Source: Minisyncoccota bacterium
GTDB taxonomy: Bacteria > Patescibacteriota > Minisyncoccia > Phycocordibacterales > UBA2100
Direction: 5' to 3'
Assembly (NCBI GenBank): GCA_043780835.1
Contig: JAYWCB010000010.1
Coordinates: 66,845 to 130,844, forward strand
DNA length: 64,000 nucleotides
The notes under the pieces: generated by a model
What the model saw: only the letters and a program-made list of their open reading frames with translations
The model's database searches: none
Told to the model about the DNA's origin: nothing
Shown: positions 1-8,205 of the stretch, one piece after another
Layout: the number at the start of each line of letters is the position of its first letter
How positions within the stretch are numbered: the first letter of the stretch is position 1
Made by a program: the position numbers and the translations under genes

Positions 1-278
1 AAGCGTGTCGTCGATGATTTTGGTATGTGCTATTACTTCAGCTTCGAGCAACGCACTCACGCCTTCGTTGCAGATAATCGTCACGTCTGGATTATTGATG
101 CGCAGCTGTTTGAGTGAATCGAGATGATAGTGATCTGCATGCTCGTGCGTGTAGAGTATCGCGTCAATTCCGGTGAGCGCAACGTGTGTCTCGGCGGTAA
201 AAGCGCCCGGGTCGGTGAGTAACCGTATACCCTTTTCTTCAATCAGAAGGCAGCAGTGGCCATATTTCGTGATTTTCA
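1..278 (-). CDS. MBL-fold metallo-hydrolase; 3' end lies beyond the window edge
   Basis: Reverse-strand ATG at 276-278. Translation MKITKYGHCCLLIEEKGIRLLTDPGAF...ILYTHEHADHYH carries the HxHxDH metallo-beta-lactamase motif. No stop codon before position 1. Confidence 0.55.
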
Positions 279-374
279 TAGTGCGAGTATATCAAAGCGA
301 CTCGTTTTTAATCTTTTAAGCTGCACATTCCATATACACCGATCATGCGCTATAGCGTCATATCGGTGTATGGG

Positions 375-785
375 TCATTTTTGAAGTTTCGATGTTTTAT
401 AAATCTCGGGCTTAAACGGTTTGAGGCGCACAATGCGAGTTTCAAGATCGGCCTTTGCAAGTTCGGCCTGCAGTTCCTGCACATACTCTCCCGATTGATC
501 ATAGCCAAGCGCAATAATATCGGGGCGCTCGACAACAATGTGATCTATATAACCTTCGCGATCACCGAGCACGACTTCGTCTGCCAGCGGACACGCTTCA
601 ACGAGCTTCATGCGCTCGAGTTCACTGTGCCGCGGCTGCGTGCCTTTTATCCGCCGCGCCGATACATCTCGCGCAATCGAAACAATGAGATGCGGATCAG
701 GAACAAGTGCACAGGCTTGGCGAAACAAATCAAGATGCCCCTCGTGGAGCATATCGAACGTACCGAAGACCATGATGCGCTTCAT
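375..785 (-). CDS. Cytidylyltransferase-family nucleotidyltransferase; putative FAD synthase / FMN adenylyltransferase (RibL-like)
   Basis: N-terminal [17 protein letters not shown] carries the (H/T)xGH nucleotidyltransferase motif. About 135 aa. Directly downstream of ribH/ribE on the same strand. Confidence 0.45.
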   Translation of the reverse strand: MKRIMVFGTFDMLHEGHLDLFRQACALVPDPHLIVSIARDVSARRIKGTQPRHSELERMKLVEACPLADEVVLGDREGYIDHIVVERPDIIALGYDQSGEYVQELQAELAKADLETRIVRLKPFKPEIYKTSKLQK

Positions 786-791
786 CGTCTT

Positions 792-1271
792 TTATAGAAG
801 TGCGATCTCGAGCGCCGCGGCCGCGGCTTCGTGGCCCTTATTTTCTTTTCCTCGCGAGCGAGCCACAGCCTGTGCAAGATTATTCGTGGTGAGAATGCCG
901 AACGAAATCGGTATATGGTGATCAAGTGACAAACGCATGATTCCGTGGGAAACAGCCGATGAGATGTAGTGGTCGTGCTTGGTGTCACCTTGAATAACGC
1001 ATCCGAGCGCGACAATTGCATGCGGCTTTATTTTCTTAATAAGCTTCTGACACGCGACAGGAATTTCGAATGTCCCCGGTACGCGCACGATTGTGATATT
1101 TCGCACCTGTACATGCCACTCGCGAAGCGTAGAGAGCGCCGCTTCGAGCATATTCTCCGTGATGTCGCTGTTGAACGTTGATACAACGAGCGCTACTCTG
1201 AGCTTTGATGCGTTAGCGACGAAGCGCTCTTTTTTGTACTCCGTTCGCTGCATTGCGGAGTACTGTACCAC
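792..1271 (-). CDS. ribH: 6,7-dimethyl-8-ribityllumazine synthase
   Basis: LRVALVVSTFNSDITENMLEAAL...GTFEIPVACQKL...AIVALGCVIQGDTKHDHYIS is the classic lumazine synthase signature. Start uncertain (several in-frame Met; overlaps ribE stop). Confidence 0.85.
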   Translation of the reverse strand: MVQYSAMQRTEYKKERFVANASKLRVALVVSTFNSDITENMLEAALSTLREWHVQVRNITIVRVPGTFEIPVACQKLIKKIKPHAIVALGCVIQGDTKHDHYISSAVSHGIMRLSLDHHIPISFGILTTNNLAQAVARSRGKENKGHEAAAAALEIALL

Positions 1272-1854
1272 CCTTCAAAGTCGCAGCAATACCGTATCGC
1301 GCGAGGTAATCAACCTCGATATTTACGCCGTCACCTATCGCGATGAGGCCGAGGTTTGTGTGCGTGAGTGTATGGGGAATAAGCGCAACGGTACAGGTGC
1401 GGCTCTTAAGTCGGGCAACCGTGAGCGCGACACCATCGACGGTAATTGATCCGTGCAGTGCGACGTACCGTGTGAGCGCACTCGGCAGGTGCAGAGAGAT
1501 TAATCGCGATGAGCCTTGCGCTGTGATGTCTCTGACTGCAGCTTCTGCGTCCACGTGTCCCAACACGAAGTGCCCATCGATTCGCGCGCCGTACACGAGC
1601 GAGCGCTCAAGATTCACCACCGAATCTTCAGTCATCGCGCGTGCCGTAGTTTTCAATATCGTTTCCGGCATGTAGTCGACTTCAAACGTTGTCGCTGATT
1701 TCGCAACGACCGTTGAGCAAATACCGTCTATTGAAATACTTTGTCCGAGCACCAATTTCCAACCGCGCGGTTTTTCGATGCGCACACGAATCCCCTGGTG
1801 TTGTGACAGTACCGCTTTCACCCTCCCCGTCTTTTCGATAATGCCGGTAAACAT
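1213..1854 (-). CDS. ribE: Riboflavin synthase alpha subunit
   Basis: MFTGIIEKTGRVKAV...SISIDGICSTVV...GHVDAEAAV...SITVDGVALTV shows the two-repeat riboflavin synthase architecture. Confidence 0.85.
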   Translation of the reverse strand: MFTGIIEKTGRVKAVLSQHQGIRVRIEKPRGWKLVLGQSISIDGICSTVVAKSATTFEVDYMPETILKTTARAMTEDSVVNLERSLVYGARIDGHFVLGHVDAEAAVRDITAQGSSRLISLHLPSALTRYVALHGSITVDGVALTVARLKSRTCTVALIPHTLTHTNLGLIAIGDGVNIEVDYLARYGIAATLKGGTVLRNAANGVQKRALRR

Positions 1855-1857
1855 GCG

Positions 1858-2889
1858 CTATGCGACAGCGACTGTCTCGTCGCGATTCTCGCGACTGAGC
1901 ATGAAGAGGGCGAATAGAAGCAGTATGGTTCCGATCCACTGTCCCACAAAAAGACCGAAGTGTGTACCGGGCAACACATTACCTGCGATAAAGTACGCGT
2001 TTACAAATACTGCCGCAAGCGGAAAACCGAGCTCGGCAAGCGTTGCGATCGACGCTTTTGTAAATTGGAGTCCGTAGTAATAAATAGAAAGTGAAAGACT
2101 TCCGGAAACAACCGCAACGATAGCAAGAAAGAGCCAGTCCTTCGGGGTGACGGATTCAAACGGCGGCAGTTGGTCCTGTACCGTCGTCATAAAGAATAGA
2201 AATATAAACGCGATCCCAAAGCGGAGTGCCGTCAGCATTTGAAACGAACTCACGCGTAGTGCGTATTTACCGAGCACTGTTGAGGCACCCCACAGAACCG
2301 CCGCGAGTAACGCATAGAGTACGCCGATGGTATTGGGATTGAAAACCTCTCCTTGATACATGCGCGGTACAAAATCCGGAAAACTGATGAGATACGCGCC
2401 GAGAATGGCAATAGCGGCCCAGAGCCAGAAAAATTTATGCATGTGCTCTTTGAGAAAGAGCGCTGCCAATGAAATAGCAATCAGGGGCTGCACTTTTTGC
2501 AACAGGATTGCAACGGAAGGATTTACGTATTTGAAAGACTGCGTAAACGCGACCGACGCGAGCGCCGAGCCACCGATTGCGATCACGAGAATTGCCGCCC
2601 ACTCACGTCTGGTGAAATTCCGCAGTTCTCGCCAATTGAAAAAGAGTACGGGGATTACAAATAATAAATTTACCGCGTGTTCGGCGAACACAATAAAACT
2701 CGACGATAAATCCTTTGTAAGATGCGCACGAAACGGTGCGTCTGTTGCCCACAGCATTGCTGCGATAAAAACGAGAAGCGGTCCTATAAACGCGAGCGTA
2801 CGCGATACAGGCTTCATCCCGTTAGAAATCGCGCCCGCGCTTTGCGCGCCCGCAGGGCCTGTGGGCGGGCTATTTCTAACGGGATTCAT
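1858..2889 (-). CDS. EamA/DMT-family transporter (about 10 TM); possibly flavin-related given context
   Basis: Polytopic hydrophobic protein with two EamA-like halves. Start overlaps the riboflavin kinase stop (ATGA coupling). Confidence 0.55.
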   Translation of the reverse strand: MNPVRNSPPTGPAGAQSAGAISNGMKPVSRTLAFIGPLLVFIAAMLWATDAPFRAHLTKDLSSSFIVFAEHAVNLLFVIPVLFFNWRELRNFTRREWAAILVIAIGGSALASVAFTQSFKYVNPSVAILLQKVQPLIAISLAALFLKEHMHKFFWLWAAIAILGAYLISFPDFVPRMYQGEVFNPNTIGVLYALLAAVLWGASTVLGKYALRVSSFQMLTALRFGIAFIFLFFMTTVQDQLPPFESVTPKDWLFLAIVAVVSGSLSLSIYYYGLQFTKASIATLAELGFPLAAVFVNAYFIAGNVLPGTHFGLFVGQWIGTILLLFALFMLSRENRDETVAVA

Positions 2890-3236
2890 AGATGCGAAAA
2901 GTATGCACGAACCGCATCAACATCGGAAGCAATGGCTGTCTGCAGTGCTTCATCGGTTTCAAAATGCCGATTGCGGCGGATTTTTTTGTGGAGCACAATT
3001 TTGGCTTCACGACCGTAGAAGTCGTCCGAGACATCGAGAATGTATGCTTCCAGCAACCCGCGAAGCGGATCAGCAAAGGCGGCGGCGATTCGTTCGCGAC
3101 CGTCGATTACGACCGTTGCCGCAAAAATACCGTCTACATTCATGTTGTCGATGCCGAGATTAATCGTCGGATAGCCGAGCGTTGCGGCACGCTGTGAACC
3201 GCGGATGACCGTTCCGGAAAAGGACTTCATCGGCAC
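2886..3236 (-). CDS. Monofunctional riboflavin kinase (RibF C-terminal-domain type)
   Basis: GTVIRGSQRAATLGYPTINLG...DGIFAATVVIDG...EAYILDVSDDFYGREAKIVLHKKIR matches the riboflavin kinase domain. Confidence 0.75.
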   Translation of the reverse strand: MPMKSFSGTVIRGSQRAATLGYPTINLGIDNMNVDGIFAATVVIDGRERIAAAFADPLRGLLEAYILDVSDDFYGREAKIVLHKKIRRNRHFETDEALQTAIASDVDAVRAYFSHL

Positions 3237-3307
3237 AGTGTACTCGTTTTCCTGAAATCGGATACTTGAAAGCCCGTCGCCGACGGGTCATACGCTACAA
3301 TAACCCC

Positions 3308-4132
3308 ATGGCTTCACTCATCAATGCACTGCTTTTGGTAGCTCTTTCCCCATTTTTGTTTGCGCTCGTGATTTTGTGTATCGATATGGTGTGGGTATTT
3401 TTGATCGCGCTATATCTTCGCAATAACGGTATCGTCGATATTGCATACGGCCTCGCGTTTATTCTCGTTGCAGCGACAACGCTCTATAACTTTGGAGCGT
3501 ACCCCCTCGGTGGGATCGTGACGACACTTGTATCGGTGTGGGGCTTGCGCTTGGCCATACGAATTCACGAGCGCACTCGCACCCATCCCGAGGATTTTCG
3601 TTATGCGGCGTGGCGTGAACGATGGGTATGGTTTAAAACCCGCAGCTTCTTTCAAATATATATGTTGCAGGGATTTATCGTATGGCTTATTTCGCTCCCG
3701 GTAATCTTTGCGAACACCAATCCGGCACCTGTATTTTCGATTCTCTCCGCAGTCGGCCTCTTCGTATGGCTTACCGGTTTTTTCTTTGAGGCAGTCGGTG
3801 ATTACCAACTCGACACGTTCATCAAAGACCCGCTCAACAAAGGTGCGTTGATGACGAAAGGTCTGTGGAGCATTACGCGACACCCGAATTACTTCGGTGA
3901 AGCAACGATGTGGTGGGGTATGTGGCTCATCGCACTGCCGTCCATACTGCCCTTTGGAACCGGCATAGTTGTGGCAACGTGCGTTTTCAGCCCAGTACTG
4001 ATCACCGTCTTGCTTCTAAAAATATCCGGTGTTCCGATGCTCGAGGCAGCAATGCAGAAAAAAGACGGTTGGGATGCGTATGCATCGCGTGTTGCTATGT
4101 TTGTCCCCTGGTTTCCGAAACGCACGGATTAA
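3308..4132 (+). CDS. DUF1295 / steroid 5-alpha-reductase-like membrane protein
   Basis: Multi-TM protein with the ITRHPNYFGE motif typical of the DUF1295 / ICMT-like family. Start taken at MASLINALL rather than the upstream Arg-rich extension. Confidence 0.45.
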   Translation: MASLINALLLVALSPFLFALVILCIDMVWVFLIALYLRNNGIVDIAYGLAFILVAATTLYNFGAYPLGGIVTTLVSVWGLRLAIRIHERTRTHPEDFRYAAWRERWVWFKTRSFFQIYMLQGFIVWLISLPVIFANTNPAPVFSILSAVGLFVWLTGFFFEAVGDYQLDTFIKDPLNKGALMTKGLWSITRHPNYFGEATMWWGMWLIALPSILPFGTGIVVATCVFSPVLITVLLLKISGVPMLEAAMQKKDGWDAYASRVAMFVPWFPKRTD

Positions 4133-4214
4133 AACAAGACTCGGTTATCGCTAAACCGAATCTCAGCCGCGTTCTGACGACTCATCCGACACAGAGGGCT
4201 TTTTTCCTGGAAAA

Positions 4215-4919
4215 ATGTACCATAGCGATATGACGATTGGACTCATCCTGCTGTGGATCGGCGTGATATCGCTGATTGGCGTTGGTGCGGCATATTATGC
4301 GCGCATTACTGATCGCGCTGATGCGATCGTTGCGCTCTACGTAACGCTTGTCATTACCTCTAATTTGGTAGCCTCGAAGATCGTCGGATTCGATCTGGGT
4401 TTTACAACACTCTTTGCGCCCGGTGCAACGCTTCTTTTTTCCGTAACATTTCTCCTCACCGACATCGTCAGCGAAAAGTTTGGGCGCGCCGCAACACAAC
4501 GCATGATCTTTATCGCTTTTCTTTCGCAAATCGCATTTCTCATCTTTTCTTACATTGCGGTCTCAGCGACCCCGGCGCCCTTCTTTACCGGACAGGCGGC
4601 ATTCGAAGCGGTATTTGCGTCGGTACCACGCATTGCGGCCGCCGGCCTTGTTACTTTTTTGATCAGTGAATCGCTGGACGCGTATCTGTACCAATGGTTC
4701 CGGCTGAAAACGCACGGACGACATGTATGGATGCGTAATGCATTCAGTTCAATTCCGGCGATGTTGCTCGATAGCGTGCTGTTTGTAACGCTGGCCTTCT
4801 ACGGAGTGACGCCGATTCTGCCGCTGATCATCGGACTCACTGCTATTAAATGGATCGTCGCCGTTATCGATATTCCGTTTATGTACATCGCCCGCGCCGT
4901 CATTGGCGCAGGAAAATAG
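4215..4919 (+). CDS. YhhQ/DUF165-family membrane protein (queuosine-precursor / vitamin uptake transporter family)
   Basis: 6-TM protein. The VTLVITSNLVASKIVGF motif resembles the YhhQ family. Confidence 0.5.
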   Translation: MYHSDMTIGLILLWIGVISLIGVGAAYYARITDRADAIVALYVTLVITSNLVASKIVGFDLGFTTLFAPGATLLFSVTFLLTDIVSEKFGRAATQRMIFIAFLSQIAFLIFSYIAVSATPAPFFTGQAAFEAVFASVPRIAAAGLVTFLISESLDAYLYQWFRLKTHGRHVWMRNAFSSIPAMLLDSVLFVTLAFYGVTPILPLIIGLTAIKWIVAVIDIPFMYIARAVIGAGK

Positions 4920-5081
4920 CTGGATTCCGAAACAAAGCGAGCGGATACGGGCATCTCGGTGATTACAAAAATGCCCAGGAGCTATTGCTTTCTCATGATG
5001 GAATTGTCCCATGTGCACTTATTTCAATCTACAGAGCGGCTCTCTCCGCAACAAGTCGCCGGTATTGTATATTGAAAAGAT

Positions 5082-6203
5082 ATGGAAGGCTGGAAACCAA
5101 AGCGCTTAGAGATTCTCTCTCATGAGGAGTCTGCCTCTGAAGGGCTTGTGAGCGCCGAAGAGCGAACACGTCTGGCGTATCTCGAAGAATGGGAGCAACA
5201 ATGCACCCCTGAGCAGATGAAGCGAATCATCGATAAAGTTCAAGACTTAGACAGAAGAGGAATTGCGTACTCGCGTGTCATGAGACTTTTGCAGCAGGAT
5301 TTTAATTTCGAATCGGCTACGATGAAAGAACTTGAAAAATGCTACCCCGAACAATTCGAAAAAGGCATCGAGAAAGAGGATCGGCGAAAGCTGTACAACG
5401 CTTCTTTGTTCCCGTTACAGATGAATTCTAGTTAGTCGGAATTAGAGAAAATACTTGCGCAAGGATTAATCGGCGGCGTTAAAGACATTCCTATTGAATC
5501 TGCTCGCGACTATAGACGAGTAATCAAGAGCCGATCATCTTATGGCCGACTGGTTCATTTTAATATTACAGGTAGGGAGCAGTGGGAACATGAGCGGAGA
5601 CCCTATAACAAGGATATCGCAGCGGAGACACGTCCGGTCTTAGAGATCGGCTCCAAAAGTTATACAGAGTACGCGGACACCGTTACCGTAATTTTTGATA
5701 TAGATGACCTTAGTGAAGTTTCTCCAGGCGAGAAGACGTTCGACGTAGGTCACACTAGGTCAATTTCAAAAACATTTACATTGGGTGATAAAAGTTCGAT
5801 CCCTTATTCTGTACAAGATTTGGTCCCTCCGGCTGGAACCCCACTGTCAGATGTTGACGAAAACGGTTTTGGAACATTTGATACCGGTAGTGGCCACCGA
5901 GAAACTATTCGAGCCACTGCCGAGTATGGATTTATTACTCCATCAAGAATTCCCCCAAAACGATTCGCCGGAATTGTTTATACACCGATAAAAGAGGGTT
6001 CTGCATATGGACCGGCATCGATATTTTATACGGACGAAGAATTACAACGGCCCGTACGAAATATCGCTGCAACCATGGTCAAGGTGAATGAGAAAACTCC
6101 AGAGAGGATTGTGCCTGTGTACGATTCTAGAGGAAATCTGTTATGGCCTAAACAGATGCATTATGAAAAGGTAAAAGAGCTGGTTCAGAAGAAAACTTCA
6201 TGA
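5082..6203 (+). pseudogene. Hypothetical gene interrupted by an in-frame TAG (5433-5435); the two halves are contiguous in one frame
   Basis: ORF 5082..5435 and the downstream open frame (to 6203) share a frame. The 345 nt after the TAG has no ATG/GTG/TTG before the TTG at 5781. AT-rich relative to its surroundings. Confidence 0.35.
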
Positions 6204-6319
6204 GTCAAAACTTTCGAATAACTATTGCGGGCCGTCTTGAGCTAGAACCGTGGTCGGTCAATCCCTGTTTGACGGAATAGCTACATTCTACACGACCCAA
6301 TCGACGCGACTTGGGCGCG

Positions 6320-6862
6320 CTATTTTACATAGTCTATTTCTAAATCCATTTGAGTTTTAAGTTGTAAAACCCTTTCCATTACATGGTCTCCGATTTCTCC
6401 CCAATCAAAATATTTCTTGTGGTCCTTCGGGTCTATGAGTTCTATCCCAGTAATCTCTTCATCGTCAGGATCTCGTACAAAGGGACCGTATGGCTCAACG
6501 ATACAAACTGACCGTGTTTGAGTAATGATTTTCCCTGGTTCAGATATTTCTTGAAAACCAACAAAACGCTGCTTCAATACCTTCATATTTGTTTCTTCTT
6601 TTACTTCTCGAGTTACTGCATCACGAGCGCTTTCTCCAATTTCTACACTTCCTCCCGGCGGAGTCCAGTATCCTTTTAAGTGGGAATATACGACTACAAG
6701 CTTGTCTTTGTAAAAACAATACGCATGAACTCCCGAAATCTTTTTATCTTTGAAATCGAGTTCGCTTTCAATGTCTTTATATGTGACGTTTAAGGCTTGT
6801 CCGGAGCGATTGGTGAGAGTCGATTGCATTTCCATACAGTAATTGTATCGCCGTTTCAGCAT
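6320..6862 (-). CDS. NUDIX hydrolase
   Basis: Nudix box GGSVEIGESARDAVTREVKEETN (GX5EX7REUXEEXGU). AT-rich compared with flanking core genes. Confidence 0.75.
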   Translation of the reverse strand: MLKRRYNYCMEMQSTLTNRSGQALNVTYKDIESELDFKDKKISGVHAYCFYKDKLVVVYSHLKGYWTPPGGSVEIGESARDAVTREVKEETNMKVLKQRFVGFQEISEPGKIITQTRSVCIVEPYGPFVRDPDDEEITGIELIDPKDHKKYFDWGEIGDHVMERVLQLKTQMDLEIDYVK

Positions 6863-6902
6863 CTAAGAAACGACGCATCTCGAGCGCGATGACCGCGCTC
6901 TA

Positions 6903-6925
6903 ATTGGCGGAGGGGGAGAGATTCG
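6903..6925. repeat. Direct repeat of the tRNA-Ser 3' end (att-like remnant)
   Basis: attg(g)cggagggggagagattcg at 6903-6925 versus attgcggagggggagagattcg at 7084-7105 (T-loop through 3' end of the tRNA-Ser gene). 19/19 identical core. Confidence 0.5.
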
Positions 6926-7087
6926 GTCAAGCGCTCGAAATATTGCCGACGCAATATTCCTCCGCCTGACCACGCTCGCGCCGCTCCATCTGCTGATGGA
7001 GCCTCCGGCGCTCGCCTTCGAATCCCTCCCTCAATCTCGCAATGATGAATCAAAAAAACCCCTTACCGGAGTCTTTTCGAATCATTG

Positions 7088-7172
7088 CGGAGGGGGAGAG
7101 ATTCGAACTCTCGAGACCTTGCGGCCTGGCGCATTTCAAGTGCGCTGGAATCAACCACTATCCGACCCCTCC
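7088..7172 (-). tRNA. tRNA-Ser (anticodon UGA), class II with long variable arm
   Basis: Reverse complement GGAGGGGUCGGAUAGUGGUUGAUUCCAGCGCACUUGAAAUGCGCCAGGCCGCAAGGUCUCGAGAGUUCGAAUCUCUCCCCCUCCG. 7-bp acceptor, 3-bp D stem, anticodon loop CUUGAAA, T-loop UUCGAAU. Confidence 0.8.
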
Positions 7173-7173
7173 G

Positions 7174-7659
7174 TTACGTGACCACAGTACCATTAAGCCA
7201 ACTTTTTCCTAAATGATGCTCTTCGTAGTGACAATTCGGACATATGAGCTCCAGATTTTCAAGTTCATTGTTGTTTCGATTACGATCTCGATGATGTACG
7301 TGTAATATTTCAACCCTGCTGTACCTGCATCGTTCGCATTGTGTGCCACGCACTGCAATCAATCTTAACTTGACCGCTCTCTGATTTTTAACCTTATCTT
7401 TGGGACTTCCTATTTTATATTTGATGCCTGCACGATTTTTATTGGCGCATGCCCTACTACACGTCTTCTTATGTAAACTGGCTAATATAGGAGTCGCACA
7501 AATAATGCACGGATTTTCTTTTCTCGATGCGAGTCCGTAACAAGCTGAACTACAATACGCCATCCCCTTACTTCGAAGCAATTCAATCGGTCTTCGGTAT
7601 ACCGATTTGCCGCATATCCCACATTTCGAATTTGGATGTCTCATATGATACTCAGCCAT
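7174..7659 (-). CDS. HNH endonuclease (free-standing, zinc-finger rich)
   Basis: HVHHRDRNRNNNELENLELICPNCH HNH motif plus several CxxC pairs. AT-rich. Abuts the tRNA-Ser 5' end. Confidence 0.7.
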   Translation of the reverse strand: MAEYHMRHPNSKCGICGKSVYRRPIELLRSKGMAYCSSACYGLASRKENPCIICATPILASLHKKTCSRACANKNRAGIKYKIGSPKDKVKNQRAVKLRLIAVRGTQCERCRYSRVEILHVHHRDRNRNNNELENLELICPNCHYEEHHLGKSWLNGTVVT

Positions 7660-7734
7660 ACAACCATTCTACCATCCACTTTCCGACACCCATTCTGATC
7701 GTGCGAGTGACGCGGTGTTACAATAATTCTATCT

Positions 7735-8205
7735 ATGCCCGATCATACGGTTGTCTTGCGATGGAATGCGTACGAACACGAACACGTTGAGCGCGGGTCG
7801 GAGTGGTTTTGGGCGCTCGGGATTGCTGCCGTCTGCGCCGCACTCACCGCAATTCTCTTGAGCGACATTATGTTTGCAATTCTTATTTTGGTCGCCGCAT
7901 TCACTATCGCGCTGCTTGCGCGCCACGCACCCGATGTTTCCACGTTTGAAATTTCCACAAAGGGCGTGCGCGTGGATCGTGTACTTCACCGCTACGACGA
8001 GATTATTTCGTTTTGGGTAGAAGACGAGCACGACGGGCATCCGCTCCTCTTAATCGATACGATTAAATTTATGTCACCGAATCTTATTATTCCCATCCAC
8101 GATATTGAACCGGGACTCGTGCGGGCATATATGCAGGAGCACACAACGGAAGTGCACATGAAAGAACCCTTCGCACACAAGGTGCTTGAATTCTTTGGTA
8201 TTTAA
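7735..8205 (+). CDS. Hypothetical membrane protein (2 TM)
   Basis: ORF with two hydrophobic helices; no recognizable family. Confidence 0.35.
   Translation: MPDHTVVLRWNAYEHEHVERGSEWFWALGIAAVCAALTAILLSDIMFAILILVAAFTIALLARHAPDVSTFEISTKGVRVDRVLHRYDEIISFWVEDEHDGHPLLLIDTIKFMSPNLIIPIHDIEPGLVRAYMQEHTTEVHMKEPFAHKVLEFFGI

Noticed and set aside
345-921. Plus-strand ORFs 345..797 and 610..921 (150 and 103 aa)
   Set aside because: They are antisense to the well-supported cytidylyltransferase and ribH genes and have an Arg/Cys-rich shadow-ORF composition.
2360-3163. 267-aa plus-strand ORF
   Set aside because: It overlaps the EamA transporter and riboflavin kinase on the opposite strand and has Arg/Cys-rich biased composition typical of antisense frames in GC-rich DNA.
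3237-3307. FMN riboswitch upstream of the riboflavin operon
   Set aside because: Only about 30-70 nt are available between the divergent genes. That is too short for an FMN aptamer, and no conserved FMN-element motifs were seen.
5433-5435. In-frame TAG as evidence of stop-codon reassignment (alternative genetic code)
   Set aside because: ruvB (28640..29662) terminates with TAG in a well-conserved C-terminus, so TAG functions as a normal stop here. The interrupted ORF is better explained as a pseudogene or local read-through.
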